A stretch of DNA of 64,000 bases from Mobula hypostoma (taxonomy: Eukaryota), in NCBI RefSeq assembly GCF_963921235.1, contig NC_086107.1, forward strand, positions 95,792,001 to 95,856,000. Reading direction: 5' to 3'. The notes under the pieces are model-generated. The model did not search any database, was not told the DNA's origin, and was given only the letters and a program-made list of their open reading frames with translations. Shown here piece by piece: positions 38,261 through 51,330 of the stretch; positions within the stretch are counted from its first letter, which is position 1, and each line of letters starts with the position of its first letter. Position numbers and translations under genes: made by a program.

Positions 38261-39596
38261 GATTTGCTACCTCACAAACCAAACCCTTGGCACTTTGATT
38301 CACACGGTGCCTACACCTCCCGAAAATAGCCACTCCACTGGAGCCTACCTCCCTTTCATTCCTGAAAACAATTTGTAAACACTGCTGGCTCCTTCCAGCT
38401 GCTGATGAGACTGCAAAACACAGTTGAACAAGCGAGGACTTTTCCGTTTGGAGAGAAGGAGGGTGAGAGGTGACTCATTCAAAGTGTACAAGGTGATAAG
38501 AGGCATAAGAGTGGACAGCCAGAGACGTTTTCCAGGGCGAAAGTGGCTAATATGAGGGGGCATAACTTTGAAGTGTTCGAGGGAAAGTACAGAGGGGATG
38601 TCAGAGGTAGGTTTGTGTGATCCACGGTTTGATAGTTCCATGAGGCATTGACTGATCCCAAGCCTGAGCTCTGTTCTCTAAATGTTGAAGCAGTTAAGTT
38701 GAGCTATAAGCGGTTTGAAGAATGGTATGTGTTGCCAGGGGTGGTGGTAGAGACAGATACATTAGAGATATTTAAGAAACCCTTAAATGAAGATGGATGA
38801 AAGAAAAAATAGAGGACTAAGGGTTAGATTAATCTTGGAGTAGGTGAAAGGGTTGGCAATACATTGTGGACTAATGTGACCAACATACAACCTTGAGTTT
38901 CATCTCCTTACTGGCAGCCACAAAACAAAGAAACACAATAGAACCTATTTTTTAAAAAAGGCCATCAAACACCCAGTGTGCAAGGGGAAAAACAAACAAA
39001 TTGTGCAACTGATAAATGTAAGCAAATAACATTCAGAGCTGAAGTTCACGAAAGTGAGTCGACAGCCACGAAGTCGGTCATCACTGCAGCCGATTCAGGA
39101 GCCCATTAGTTGCAGAGTACAGCCTCAGTTCAGCGCAGAGACGAGTAAACCTCACCTCTGGCCCCAACTCCCTGACCTTTTCAATCTGGTCTGGCCCTTA
39201 AATTGTCCAAACCTTGGTTTGCTTCTCACTCTCATACCCAGGCCCTGCCACTTTTTGTGACCACGTAGGTTCCCACAAAGTGCCCTAGTTTCCTCCCAAA
39301 CAAAGATATGTGGGATGGTGGGTTAACTAGCCAATTTAAATTGACCCTAATATATAGGTAAGTGGCAGAATCTACGGAGTTAGATGGGAATATGGGGCGA
39401 ATAATATGGGATTAGCATGAAAGGCATACACAAGTCTGAGATAAACAGTCATTTTCCCAGCATGGAAATGTAAAATGCTAGAAGACACAGTTATAAGATG
39501 GGTAAATTATAAAGAAGATTTTTTAGCAATTTTTTTTTCCAAAGAAAGCAGTAGGTACCTGGAAGGTGGAAGCATTTAGACCATGTGCAAGTAGAT

Positions 39597-39870
39597 TTTA
39601 TTTAGAGATACAGTGTGGAACAGGCTCTTCTGGTCCAGTGAGCCACACCACCCAGCAACTCTAGCCCTAGCCTTATCACAGAACAATTTACAATGACCAA
39701 TTAACCTACTAACCAGTACGTCTTTGGACTGTGGGAGGAAACCAGAGCACCCAGAGGAAACCCACACCCTCAAGGGAAGGATGCACAAACTTCTTACAGA
39801 GGTCACCAGAATTGAACTCTGAACCCTGACGCCACAAGCTCTAATAGTGTCACACTAGCCACTACACTAC
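39597..39870 (-). mobile_element. V-SINE/HE1-like SINE, family C
   Basis: Core GGTTTCCTCCCACAGTCCAAAGACGT; related copies near 20780-21020 and 31106-31250. Confidence 0.65.
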
Positions 39871-40068
39871 ACACAGATGTACAGCTTAAATTCGTATCAT
39901 GGTTGGCACAGACATCATGGCCCTATGCTCTGGAGCATAAGTTGTCAGCTTTCCCCTGGTAACCACTGCTCCTGAGATGCACTGGCTGATGTACACCAGC
40001 TGGTGACTTTGAATAATTCTGTAACGGTGTTTTCTGTCCATGTCTAACCCGATGCTTTTGCTTTTCAG

Positions 40069-40257
40069 TTTGTTTCCCAGTGCAAGGAGAATTGTCCATT
40101 TATCATCACTCACTTCCACGAGTGGCAGTCCGGTATTGGTCTGATCATGTGCAGATTCCGCAAGATTCCTGTGGCCACAATCTTTACAACACACGCCACG
40201 TTGCTGGGACGGTACCTGTGTGCTGGGAATGCCGATTTCTACAACAACCTTCCAAAC
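40069..40257 (+). CDS. GYS1: GYS1 exon 4 (189 nt)
   Basis: [63 protein letters not shown]; an alternative in-frame AG ends at 40080. Confidence 0.95.
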
Positions 40258-40471
40258 GTGCGTAAACATCCTTCCATTTCTGTTATGGCACGGTTCGGAA
40301 CTCTGTCCAGTATCCTGAATCGTGCAATACTCCCTCAGTTTCACTCAGAATCAGGCTTAATATCACTGATGTAGATTGTGAAATTTGTTGTTTTGTGGCT
40401 GCAGTACATTGCAATACATGAAAAGACTATAAATTACAATAAGAAATATATATAAAGAATTAATGTAGATA

Positions 40472-40865
40472 AAGCAACACACACGAAAGGCTGGAGGAAC
40501 TCAGCAGGCCAGGCAGCATCTATGGAACTGAATAAACAGCCAACATTTGGGGCCGAGACCCTTCTTCAGGACTGGAAAGGAAGAAGGAAGACGACAAAAT
40601 AAAAAGATGGGGGGAAGGGGAAGGAGGATTGCCAGAAGGTGACAGGTGAAGCCAGGTGGGTAGGAAAGGTAAAGGGCTGGAGAGGAAGGAATCTGATAGG
40701 AGAGGAGAGAGGACAATAGGAGAAAAGGAAAGAGTAGGAGACCCAGGGGGATGTGAAGGCCAGCTGAGAATAGGAAAGGGGCCAGAGTGGGGAATAGAAG
40801 GGGGGGGAGGAAAAATATTTGTTTTAACGGAAGGAGAAATTAATATTCATTCTATCAAGGTGGAA
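40472..40865 (-). mobile_element. Penelope-like 3' fragment
   Basis: Same 3' tail (GCTGGAGGAACTCAGCAGGCCAGGCAGCATC) and a degenerate hammerhead. Confidence 0.7.
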
Positions 40866-41329
40866 TAGTGAGGTAGTGCTCATGGGTTGGTTCGTTGTCT
40901 GCTCAAAAATCTGATGGTGGAAGAGAAGTTGTAACTAAAATGCTGAGAGGCTCCTTTGGGCCCTCGTACATCCTCTCTGATGGCAGTCGTAAGAAGGGAG
41001 CACGTCCTGGGTGATGGATGCCAACTTTTTGAGGCATCGCCTTTTGAAGATGTCCTCGGTGTTGGGGAGGCTAGAATCCATGATGGGTCTGCAACCTTCT
41101 GCAGCTTTGGCAAGTTCAAGTTTAGTTGCCACTCAACCGTACACATGTATACCGACAAACAAAACAACATTCCTCTGGGGCCAAGGTGAAAAACACAAAA
41201 CATATATCACATAGAGTAGATAAAATAATATGAACGCAATAATATTAACATTCTGTAGATGTGCACATTAACATAGTGTATGTACAATATAGAGTTAAAC
41301 ATACAACAGTATAATGCTACTGGCAGTGT

Positions 41330-42055
41330 CATAGATAGTGTGTACTGGGTGGTAGCCTGGGGGAAGAAGCTGTTACCCTGCCTTGTTCTTTTCCTGTGGC
41401 ACTTTCTACCTAACAGTAGGAAGTCAAAGAGATGGGTGGGAGGAATTCTGGACAATGCTGAGGGTGCTGCGAATACAGAGTTTCTGATACGTGTCCTGGA
41501 TCGTGGGGGGGGGATGCGTGTGGGGGAGAGACCCGATGACTCTCTCAGCAATCCTCATAATCCATTGCAGGGTCTTGCGGTCTTGTCGTGTTGTTCCCAT
41601 ACAAGTCGGTAATGAAGCTGGTCAGGGCACTCTCGATGGTGCTTTGGTAGAATATAGTTAGAATGGAGGTGAGGAGCCTCACTCGACTCAATGTTCTCAG
41701 GAAATAGAGGGCTGCTGTGCTTTCTCGACTGAAGAGGTGTTGTTGAGGGACCAGGTGAGATCTCCAGATGTGCTCTCCAGGAAACTTGGTGCTCCTGACC
41801 CTGTCCATGGAGCAGAGGTTGGTGTGCAGCAGGGAACGGTCAGCCAGTGGCTTCCTGAAGTCCACAGTCATCTCTTTGCTCTTGTCCACATTGAGACCCA
41901 AGTTGTTGGTGTTCACCCCAGTCCACAAGCCACTTGACCTCCTCTCTGTATGCTGTCTCATTGTTGTTGCTGATGAGGCCAGCCACTGTTGTGTCATCAG
42001 CGAACTTGACGATATGATTAGAGCTGGAGCTCGCAGTACAGTCAAGCGTCAGCAG
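41330..42055 (-). mobile_element. Rex1/Babar-like LINE RT fragment
   Basis: IVKFADDTTVAGLISNNNETAYREEV; LNVDKSKEMTVDFRK; FYQSTIESALT. Confidence 0.8.
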
Positions 42056-43214
42056 TGTGAACAGTGGCGGGCTTTTGGGCCGGGTTCTGGTCCCGTGCAG
42101 TGGCCCCGACTCAAAATGTAGAGGCTTGGGATCGGTCAATGCACCGTGGAGCTATCACACCACGGGTCACCGCCAGGCACAGGATGAGCAAGTCAGCTAA
42201 AGACAACATTCATCCAGAGATGGGGCTTTTTAAAAATATCTGAAAGATAGAGAGGGTTTGGGTGGGGATCCAGCTCAGAGGAGTGATAGGGATCAGTGAG
42301 GAGAGGGATAAGGTGGGTAGGTGGTGATGGAGTTAGAGGGCAGGAGGAAGGTAGCTGAAACAGTCAGCTCCAGGTAACAAAGGCACAAATGATGGTTACA
42401 GCAGCAGAGGAAAGGCCAGACAGAGGGAGAAGGAAGGATCTCAGTGATGGAATCATAGCGTTATACAGTACGGAAGCAAGCCCTTTGGCCCAACTGGTCC
42501 ATGTTGCCCCAGGTGACCGTATTCCTCCAAACAATTTGCTATCCATGTACCTGCCCAACTGCCTTTAGAAAGTTGTTATTGTACCTGCCTCAGCCACTTC
42601 CTGACAGCTCATACCATACCAACACACACAAAATGCCGGAGGAAATCTGCTGAGTTTCTCCAGCATTTTGTGTGTGTTGCTCGTATTTCCAGCATCTGCA
42701 GATTTTCTCATTCCATACACTCACTAGCCACTGCTTGAAGAAGTTGCCCCTCAGATCTCTTTTAAATTACTGAAATTAATTCTGTGTCTTCTTGTTTTTG
42801 ATTCCCTTTCCCTGAGAGAGGAAAAGAAACATCCCCCTCATGATTTTATGGACTTCTATAAAGTCACCCTCGGATTCCTACCCTCCAAGAAATAAATGAT
42901 ACTGCTGATGGTGATAATCTCTGCAAACCTCAGCTGGTGCCAGGAGGAGACGGAGTGGGTGGCCCAGGTACAGACTCAATGTGAACTGACAGTCATCTTC
43001 TTGTCACTCCATTCTGATTGCCGAGCTTTTGACATCCAACCTTCAACTCTAAATGCAGGTTGTTCATTCTTCAGTGAAAGGTGTGATCCATAAAGTAATC
43101 CCTGGGGATTTCAGCCTGACATTGGCTTCAGAAGTATTCAATTATCACAGATAATTGATGTCTCCATGAAACCATTTCTCTGTCGCTTTCAATATTCTTC
43201 TCCTCATAGTCTCT

Positions 43215-45186
43215 TTATAGAAGTACAGCACTTAAACAAGCCCTTTGGCCCATCTAGTCCATGCCGTAACCATTTAAGCTGCCTACTCCCATCAACCTGC
43301 AGTGGGATCACAGCCCTCCGTACTCCTACTATCAATATACCTATCTAAACTCTCTTAAACTCTGAAATCAAGCTCGCATGTACCACTTCTGCTGGCGGCT
43401 CATTCCACACTCTCACAGCCATCTGAGTGAAGAAGTTTCCCCTCATGTTCCTCTTAAACTTTTCAGCTTTCACCCTTAACCTATGACCTCTGGTTGTAGT
43501 TACACCTAGCCTCAATGGAATAAGCCTGCTTGCACTTACCCTAGCTGTACTCCTCATAATTTTGTATACCGCTATCAAATCTCCTTTCAATCTTCTACAT
43601 TCTAAGGAATAAAGTCCTAACCTATTCAATCTTTACTTATAACTCAGGTCCTCCAGACACGGCAACGTCCTTGTAAATTTTCTCTGTGCTCTTTCAACCT
43701 TGTTTACATCTTTTCTGTAGGTAGGTGACCAAAACTACACACCATTCTCCAAACTACACCTCACCAGTGTCTTACACAACATCTCCCTGTGACACCACTT
43801 CCAATGAATTTTGGACCTGTATTTCCCGATCCCTTTGTTCCCCCACACTTCTCAATGTCCTACTGTTCACTGTGTATGACCTACCCTGGTTAGTCCTACT
43901 GACGTGCATCATCTCACACTTGTCTGCTTTAAATTCCATCGACTATTTTCAGCCCATTTTCCCAGCTGATGCAGATCCCTCTACAAGCAATGATAGCCTT
44001 CCTTGCTGACCACTATACCACCAATCTTGGTGTCACACACAAATTTGGTGATCCGGTTAACCGCATTAGCATCTGGATCATTGATATAGATGACAGACAA
44101 TAATGGACCCAGCACTGATCCCTACAGCACACTACTAGTCACAAGCCTCCAGTCAGAGAGGCAAACATCTTCTACCACTCTCCAATGTCTAATGTCTAAT
44201 CCAATTTACTACCCCATTTTGAATACCGAGTGACACAAGCTTCTTGACCAACCTCTCATGTGGGAGCTTGTCAAATGCCTTGCTAAAGTTCATGTAGACA
44301 ACATCCACTGCCTTGCCCTCATCTACTTTCTTGGTAACTTGCTCGGAAAACTCTATAAGATTGGTTAGACATGACCTACCATGCACAAAGCCATGCCGAC
44401 TATCCTTAATCAGTCCGTGTATATTCAAATACTTTTATATCCAATCCTTTAGAATACAGTACCTTCCAATAACTTTCCCACAACTGATACCAGACTTGCC
44501 ACCTGAAAATTTTCTGCTTTATGCTTGGAGCCTTTCTTAAACATTGGAACAACATATCCTCCAATCCTCTGGTAAATCTCCCGTCACTAAGGATGATTTA
44601 AGTATCTCTGCTAGGGTCCTGGCAACTTCTGCACTTGCCTCCCATAGGGTTGTCATCCACCCTGATTTGCCTCAGGATAGCAAATACCTCCCCCTCGGTA
44701 GTCTGTACAGGATCCATGAAGTTGATGCCACTTTGCCTCAGTTTCATAGACTCTGTGTCCATCTCCTGAGTAAATACAGATGCAGAAAAAATATTTAAGA
44801 TCTCCCCCATCTGTTTTGGTTTACCATTCTAATCTTCCAGAGGACCAGTTTTGTCCCTTACAGTACTTTTGCTCTTAGTATATCTGTAGAATCCCTTAAG
44901 ATTCTCCTTCACCTTGCCTGGTAGAGCAACATCATGCCTTCTTATAAGTTAAGTCCTGTCGAAGGGTTTTGGCCCAAAACGTCGACTGTACTTTTTTCCA
45001 CAGATGCTGCCTGGCCTGCTGAGTTCCTCCAGCATTTTGTGTGTGTGTTGCTCAGATTTCCAGCATCTGCAGATTTTCACTTGTTTGCCTTCTGGTAGCC
45101 CTCCTGATTTCTTTCTTAAGTATTCTCTTGCATTTCTTATACTCCACAAGCAGCTCATTTATTCCTACCTGCCAATACCTGCTATG
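43215..45186 (-). mobile_element. CR1 LINE fragment
   Basis: HGFVHGRSCLTNLIEFSEQVTKKVDEGKAVDVVYMNFSKAFDKLPH plus the 3' end. Confidence 0.88.
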
Positions 45187-45285
45187 CAAACAACAGGAAT
45201 TCTGCAGATGCTGGAAATTCAAGCAACACACATCAAAGTTGCTGGTGAACGCAGCAGGCCAGGCAGCATCTCTAGGAAGAGGTAC

Positions 45286-45321
45286 AGTCGACGTTTCAGG
45301 CCGAGACCCTTCGTCAGGACT
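45286..45321 (-). ncRNA. Minimal hammerhead ribozyme motif
   Basis: Reverse complement of the same 36-mer as 12021-12056. Confidence 0.75.
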
Positions 45322-47546
45322 AACTGAAGGAAGAGTTAGTAAGAGATTTGAAAGTGGGAGAGGGAGGGTGAGATCCAAAATGATAGGAGAAGACAGGAGG
45401 GGGAGGGATGGAGCCAAGAGCTGGACAGGTGATTGGCAAAGGGGATATGAGAGGATCATGGGACAGGAGGCCCAGGGAGAAAGACAAGCGGCGGGGGGGG
45501 GGGGAACCAAGAGGATGGGCAAGGGGTATAGTCAGAGGGACAGAGGGAGAAAAAGGAGAGTGAGAGAAAGAATGTGTGTATAAAAATAAATAATGGATGG
45601 GGTACGAGGGGGAGGTGGGGCATTAGCAGAAGTTAGAGAAATCAATGTTCATGCCATCAGGTTGGAGGCTACCCAGACGGAATATAAGGTGTTGTTCCTC
45701 CAACCTGAGTGTGGCTTCATCTTTACAGTAGAGGAGGCCATGGATAGACATGTCAGAATGGGAATGGGATGTGGAATTAAAATGTGTGGCCACTGGGAGA
45801 TCCTGCTTTCTCTGGTGGACAGAGCGTAGATGTTCAGCAAAGCGGTGTCCCAGTCTGCGTTGGGTCTCACTAATATATAGAAGGCCACATCGGGAGCACC
45901 GGATGCAGTATATCACCCCAGCCGACTCACAGGTGAAGTGTCGCCTCACCTGGAAGGACTGTCTGGGGCCCTGAATGGTGGTAAGGGAGGAAGTGTAAGG
46001 GCATGTGTAGCACTTGTTCCACTTACAAGGATAAGTGCCAGGAGGGAGATCAGTGGGGAGGGATGGGGGGGACGAATGGACAAGGGAGTCGCGTAGGGAG
46101 CAATCCCTGCGGAAAGCAGAGGGGGTGGGAGGGAAAGATGTGCTTAGTTGTGGGATCCCGTTGGGATCAGCATCCTTCGCTACATCGACGACTGCATTGG
46201 CGCTGCTTTCTGCACGCATGCTGAGCTCGTTGACTTTATTAACTTTGCCTCCAACTTTCACCCTGCCCTCAGGTTTACCTGGTCCATTTCCGACACCACC
46301 CTCCCCTTTCTAGATCTTTCTGTCTCTATCTCTGGAGACAGCTTATCTACTGATGTCTACTATAAGCCTACTGACTCTCACAGCTATCTGGGCTATTCGT
46401 CTTCTCACCCTGTCTCTTGCAAAAACGCCATCCCCTTCTCGCAATTCCTCCGTCTCCGCCGCATCTGCTCTCAGGATGAGGCTTTTCATTCCAGGACGAG
46501 GGAGATGTCTTCCTTTTTTAAAGAAAGGGGCTTCCCTTCCTCCACCATCAACTCTGCTCTTAAACGCATATCTTCCATTTCACGCACATCTGCTCTCACT
46601 CCATCCTCCCGCCACCTCACTAGGAATAGGGTTCCCCTGGTCCTCACCTACCACCCCACCAGCCTCCGGGTCCAACATATTATTCTCCGTAACTTCCGCC
46701 ACCTTCAACGGGATCCCACCACTAAGCACATCTTTCCCTCCCCCACCCCTGCTTTCCTCAGGGATTGCGCCCTATGCATCTCCCTTGTCCATTCGTCCCC
46801 CCCCATCCCTCCCCACTGATCTCCCTCCTGGCACTTATCCGTGTAAGTGGAACAAGTGCTACACATGCCCTTACACTTCCTCCCTTACCACCATTCAGGG
46901 CCCCAAACAGTCCTTCCAGGTGAGGCAACACTTCACCTGTGAGTCGACTGGGGTGATATACTGCGTCCGGTGCTCCCGAAGTGGCCTTTTATATATTGGC
47001 GAGACCCAACGCAGACTGGGAGACCGCTTTGCTGAACATCTACGCTCTGTCCGCCAGAGAAAGCAGGATCTCCCAGTGGCCACACATTTTAATTCCACAT
47101 CCCATTCCCATTCTGACATGTCTATCCACGGCCTCCTCTACTGTAAAGATGAAGCCACACTCAGGTTGGAGGAACAACACCTTATATTCCATCTGGGTAG
47201 CCTCCAACCTGATGGCATGAACATTGACTTCTCTAACTTCTGCTAATGCCCCACCTCCCCCTCGTACCCCATCCGTTATTTATTTTTATGCACACATTCT
47301 TTCTCTCACTCTCTTTTTTCTCCCTCTGTCCCTCTGACTATACCCCTTGCCCATCCTCTTGGTTCCCCCCCCCCCGCCGCTTGTCTTTCTCCCTGGGCCT
47401 CCTGTCCCATGATCCTCTCATATCCCCTTTGCCAATCACCTGTCCAGCTCTTGGTTCCATCCCTCCCCCTCCTGTCTTCTCCTATCATTTTGGATCTTAC
47501 CCTCCCCCTCCTACTTTCAAATCTCTTACTAACTCTTCCTTCAGTT

Positions 47547-47582
47547 AGTCCTGACGAAGGGTCTCGGCCTGAAACGTCGACT
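47547..47582 (+). ncRNA. Minimal hammerhead ribozyme motif (sense to GYS1 intron 4)
   Basis: Identical 36-mer. Confidence 0.75.
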
Positions 47583-47909
47583 GCACCTCTTCCTAGAGAT
47601 GCTGCCTGGCCTGCTGCGTTCACCAGTGGCCATTTCACTTGCCCCTGCATTCCTTTTATTTGTCCTTGCTAATCATTCCCAAATGCTGATTGGTTGCTGG
47701 TCAAAGTTAAAAAAAAAAGCTACCGTGAGTCACAGCCTTTAATACTTGACCAGTGAACCTGTGAATTCCATCCCCTCAAGCTTTTGATCTCAGTAATTGG
47801 TCACTGGTCAATGCTTTAGTCCAGTCAACTCAAGCAATTTCTAATAGAGAACATTGTCACCTGTTTTCACAAGGCCTGATCTATACATTTTATTTAAATC
47901 CCCTCTCAT

Positions 47910-48047
47910 GTCAGTCAGTATCTGTGGAGGGAGAAACAGACAGCTGGTCAGTCAGCGTCTGTGGATGGAGAAACAGACAGCTGGTCAGTCAGTATCTGTG
48001 GAGGGAGAAACAGGCAGCTGGTCAGTCAGTATCTGTGGAGGGAGAAA
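47910..48047 (+). repeat. ~37-bp minisatellite, about 4 copies
   Basis: Unit GTCAGTCAGTATCTGTGGAGGGAGAAACAGACAGCTG. Confidence 0.9.
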
Positions 48048-48371
48048 TAGGAGAAATAAATTTTCAACCTCTGCCTGTCTTGCTCGGGTTTTCAGCAGTT
48101 CCTGTTTCTTTTCTGGAAATGCTTTGATGTTCGGCTGCACAGTAAGAGGTGTCTGTGCAATGGTTTTGGATGGTTACCAACTGTTAGATTTAGGGGTGCC
48201 AATGAAAGGCAGGCGTTTGTTTCTTTTGCACATTCTTGAGTCTCTCCTGAAGCAAACAGCTTCACAGATGCTGTCTGACCTGCTGTGTGCTTCCAGTGTC
48301 TTGCATTTTTAATCTCAGATTTCCAGCATTTGGAGTTCCTGCTGTTCACGCTATGACAGTGTCTATTTCAG

Positions 48372-48516
48372 TTTGATGTGGACCGTGAGGCAGGTGAGAG
48401 GCAGATTTACCATCGATATTGCATGGAGCGTGCAGCTGTCCATTGTACTCACGTCTTCACCACAGTGTCAGGGATCACAGCCATGGAAGCAGAACACCTG
48501 CTCAAGTGCAAACCTC
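48372..48516 (+). CDS. GYS1: GYS1 exon 5 (145 nt)
   Basis: [54 protein letters not shown]| and |GTGAGT. Confidence 0.97.
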
Positions 48517-48609
48517 GTGAGTAACCTCTGCCACCCCGTGCGAAATGTACCCCTCAGCTCCAGCTTCGAGACTATGGTCTCAAAGCCTTTACAGAAACTT
48601 GATTAAGAG

Positions 48610-51330
48610 AAAGACAGCACTGGATACTTAATGCTGCACTGTTTAAGTGATTTACAAATGACAGAGAGCTAAAAGTAGGGAGGGGAGATGCACTATTAAT
48701 CGGAGACAATTTCACAGCTGCACTCAAAGGGGACATCCAACTAAGTCTATATGGTTCGAACTAAAAATTAAGAAAGATACAATCACTCTGATGGGATTAT
48801 ACCACTGAGCCACCGGAACATTGAAGAATAGATAGGAAGGCAGTTTAGAGAAAGGTACAAAATCGACAGTGTTGTTGCAGTGGGTGACTTCAACTTTCCT
48901 AATATATAGTAGATTGGGACCTCTGTAGTGCAAGAGGTTTGTAAATGTTGCATCTAGGAGAGTTTCTTAAATCAATATGTAGATAGACCAAAAAAAGGAG
49001 TAGCCATTCTGGACTAGGTATTGGGAAATGCGCCTGGCCAGGTGGCTGAACCTTAAAGTAGAGAACAGTTAGATAACAGTGACCACAATTCCCTAAGTTT
49101 GAAGATAAAGATAAATACAGAACTTGCAGGAGAGTATTAATTTTAAGCAGGGCAAATTACGAGAGTATTAGGCAGGAACTAGGGAATGTGAATTGGGAAC
49201 AGCTGTTTAAGGGCAAGTTTATAATCTGACACATGAAGGGTGTTGAAGGACCATCTGCACAGAGTACAGGACAGATGTGTGCCAGAGAGAAGGGAGGACG
49301 TACGGAAAGGGTAACAGAACCTTGGAATATGAGAAAGGTAGTGAATTTTCAGGAAGAAAATGGAAACATAGGTAAGGTTTAGGAAGCTAAAATTGAACAA
49401 AGCTTCTGGAGGATTATAAAGAAGATAGAAAAGAACTCGGAGAGGGAATTAGGAGACCCAGTAGGGGCCATGAAAGCCCTTGGCAATTCAGATTAAAGAG
49501 AATATCAAGCCACAAAAGGATAACTAGGGAGGGGGTAGGAACATGAAGAATAGAGGGAGCGTGTACTTGGAGGCAGAGGATGTGGATGAGGTCCTGAATT
49601 GGTAGTTTGCATCAGTATTTACCTAGGAAAAGGGCATGGAGGATAGAGATCAGTGTGAAGGAAATGCCATATTCTATGGCATTTTGACATAAAGATGGGG
49701 ATAGTATTGAGCCTTTTAAAGAAAATTAAGATGGATAAGTCCCCAGGGCCTAATGGGATATAGCCTACAATATTGAGAGAGGTAAGAGATGAGATTGCTG
49801 GGGCTTTGACATGATTTTCTGTTCTCTCTTTCCATATGCAAAGTCCCAGATGATTGGTGAGTAGCTACTATTGTTCCTTTATTCAGGAAAGGAGATAGAG
49901 ATTATCCCAGAAACCAGAGACCGGCTCGTCTTGTGTCAGTGATAGGGAAGCTACGGGAGGTCATTCATATGGACTAGATTTATGAGCATTTGGAAAACTA
50001 TGGCCTAGTTAAGGACAGTCAGCATGGCTTTGTGTGGGGTAGGTCACGTCTTACTGACTTGTGTTTTTTGAGAAGGTGATGAAGGTGATTGGTAGCGAAA
50101 GATCTGTGGGTGTTGTCTACATGTACTTTGGTAAGGCATTTGACAAGCTCCTTCATGGGAGGCTCATCTAGAATATTAGGATGCATTGGATCCACCGTGA
50201 CTTTGCCATTAACATTTAGAATTTGCATGCTCATAGGAGAGGGTAGTGGTCGATGGGATTTATTCTGGTTGGAGGTTTGTGACTAATGATGTTCTGCAGG
50301 GTCCATACTGGGATCTCTACTGTTAATGATGTCTTTCATTCATTACGTGCCGTGTCATATGGCGTGGGCGATCATGGTCTTTCCTTGACCATGATTGTCC
50401 TAGGCAACTTTTTCTACAGAAGTGGTTTGCCATTGTCTTCTTCTGGGCAGTGGCTTTGCAATACAGGTGACCCCAGACGTTATCAATATTCTTCAGAGAT
50501 TGTCTGCCTGGTGTCAGTGGTTGCATAACCAGGACTTATGATATGCACCATATGCTCATACGACCATCCACCACCTCCTCCCATGGCTTCATGTGACCCT
50601 GATCGGTGGGGGGGGGGTGCTAAGCAGGTGGTACACCTTGCCCAATGGTGACCTGCAGGCTAGCGGATGGAAGGGGTGCCTTACACCTCCTTTGATAAAG
50701 ATATATCTCCACCCCATTTATGATATACTGCACAGAAATGACCTGGATGAAAGCGTAAGTTCTCTGACCATACTAGGACAGGTGATAGTGTAGAAGATGT
50801 AGGTTAGTTGCAGATATAGACGGGAAATTGACAGATGGAGTTTAATCTGGTCAACTACGAGGTGTTGCAGTTTGAGCAATCTAACATAAAGGGACAATAC
50901 GGAGTTAACAGTGTTGATGCACCGAGGGATTTTGGGGTTCAAGCCTATAGGTCCCTGAAAGTAGCTACCTGGGTTGATAGAGTGGTAAAGAAGGCATATA
51001 GCAAGCTTGGCTTTATTAGCTGAAGCACTGAGTTCAAGAATCACAATGCTGCAGATTTATAAAGCTCTAGTTAGACCACATCTGGAGTATTACATCCCAT
51101 TCTGATTGCCCCATTACAGGAAGAATGTTGAGGATTTGGGGGAGGGTTGAGAAGAGATTTACCAGGACACTGCCTGGGTTAGAAGACATCTTCCATAAGG
51201 AGGGGCTGGATAAAATTAGGGTGTTTTCTCTGGAGGGGCCGTGGCTGAGATGAGACCTGATAGCAGTTTGTAAGACTACAAGCATAAATTAAATAGGCAG
51301 CCAGTATCTTTCTCCTAGTGTCAAAATGTT
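48610..51330 (+). mobile_element. Long degraded CR1 LINE with an internal insert (~50325-50720)
   Basis: Collinear APE-RT remnants with many indels; the insert has an RTE/BovB-like tail (TGGCAAACCACTTC on the minus strand). Confidence 0.75.

Larger units (their letters stand above)
45187..47624. mobile_element. Penelope-like element fold-back (minus arm 45187-46165, plus arm 46166-47624)
   Basis: Plus arm encodes RT C-terminal motifs (LRYIDD, LPFLD, YYKPTDSHSYL) and GIY-YIG endonuclease (GVIYCVRC..LLYIGET) with a frameshift; minus arm is a near-identical inverted copy of the 3' ~0.9 kb. Confidence 0.93.

Noticed and set aside
44952..44987. Fifth active hammerhead, sense to GYS1
   Set aside because: Core mutated (CUGUCGA; GAAA changed to AAAA), predicted inactive.
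47910..48047. CRISPR-like 37-bp repeat
   Set aside because: Contiguous tandem units without spacers in vertebrate DNA; a minisatellite.
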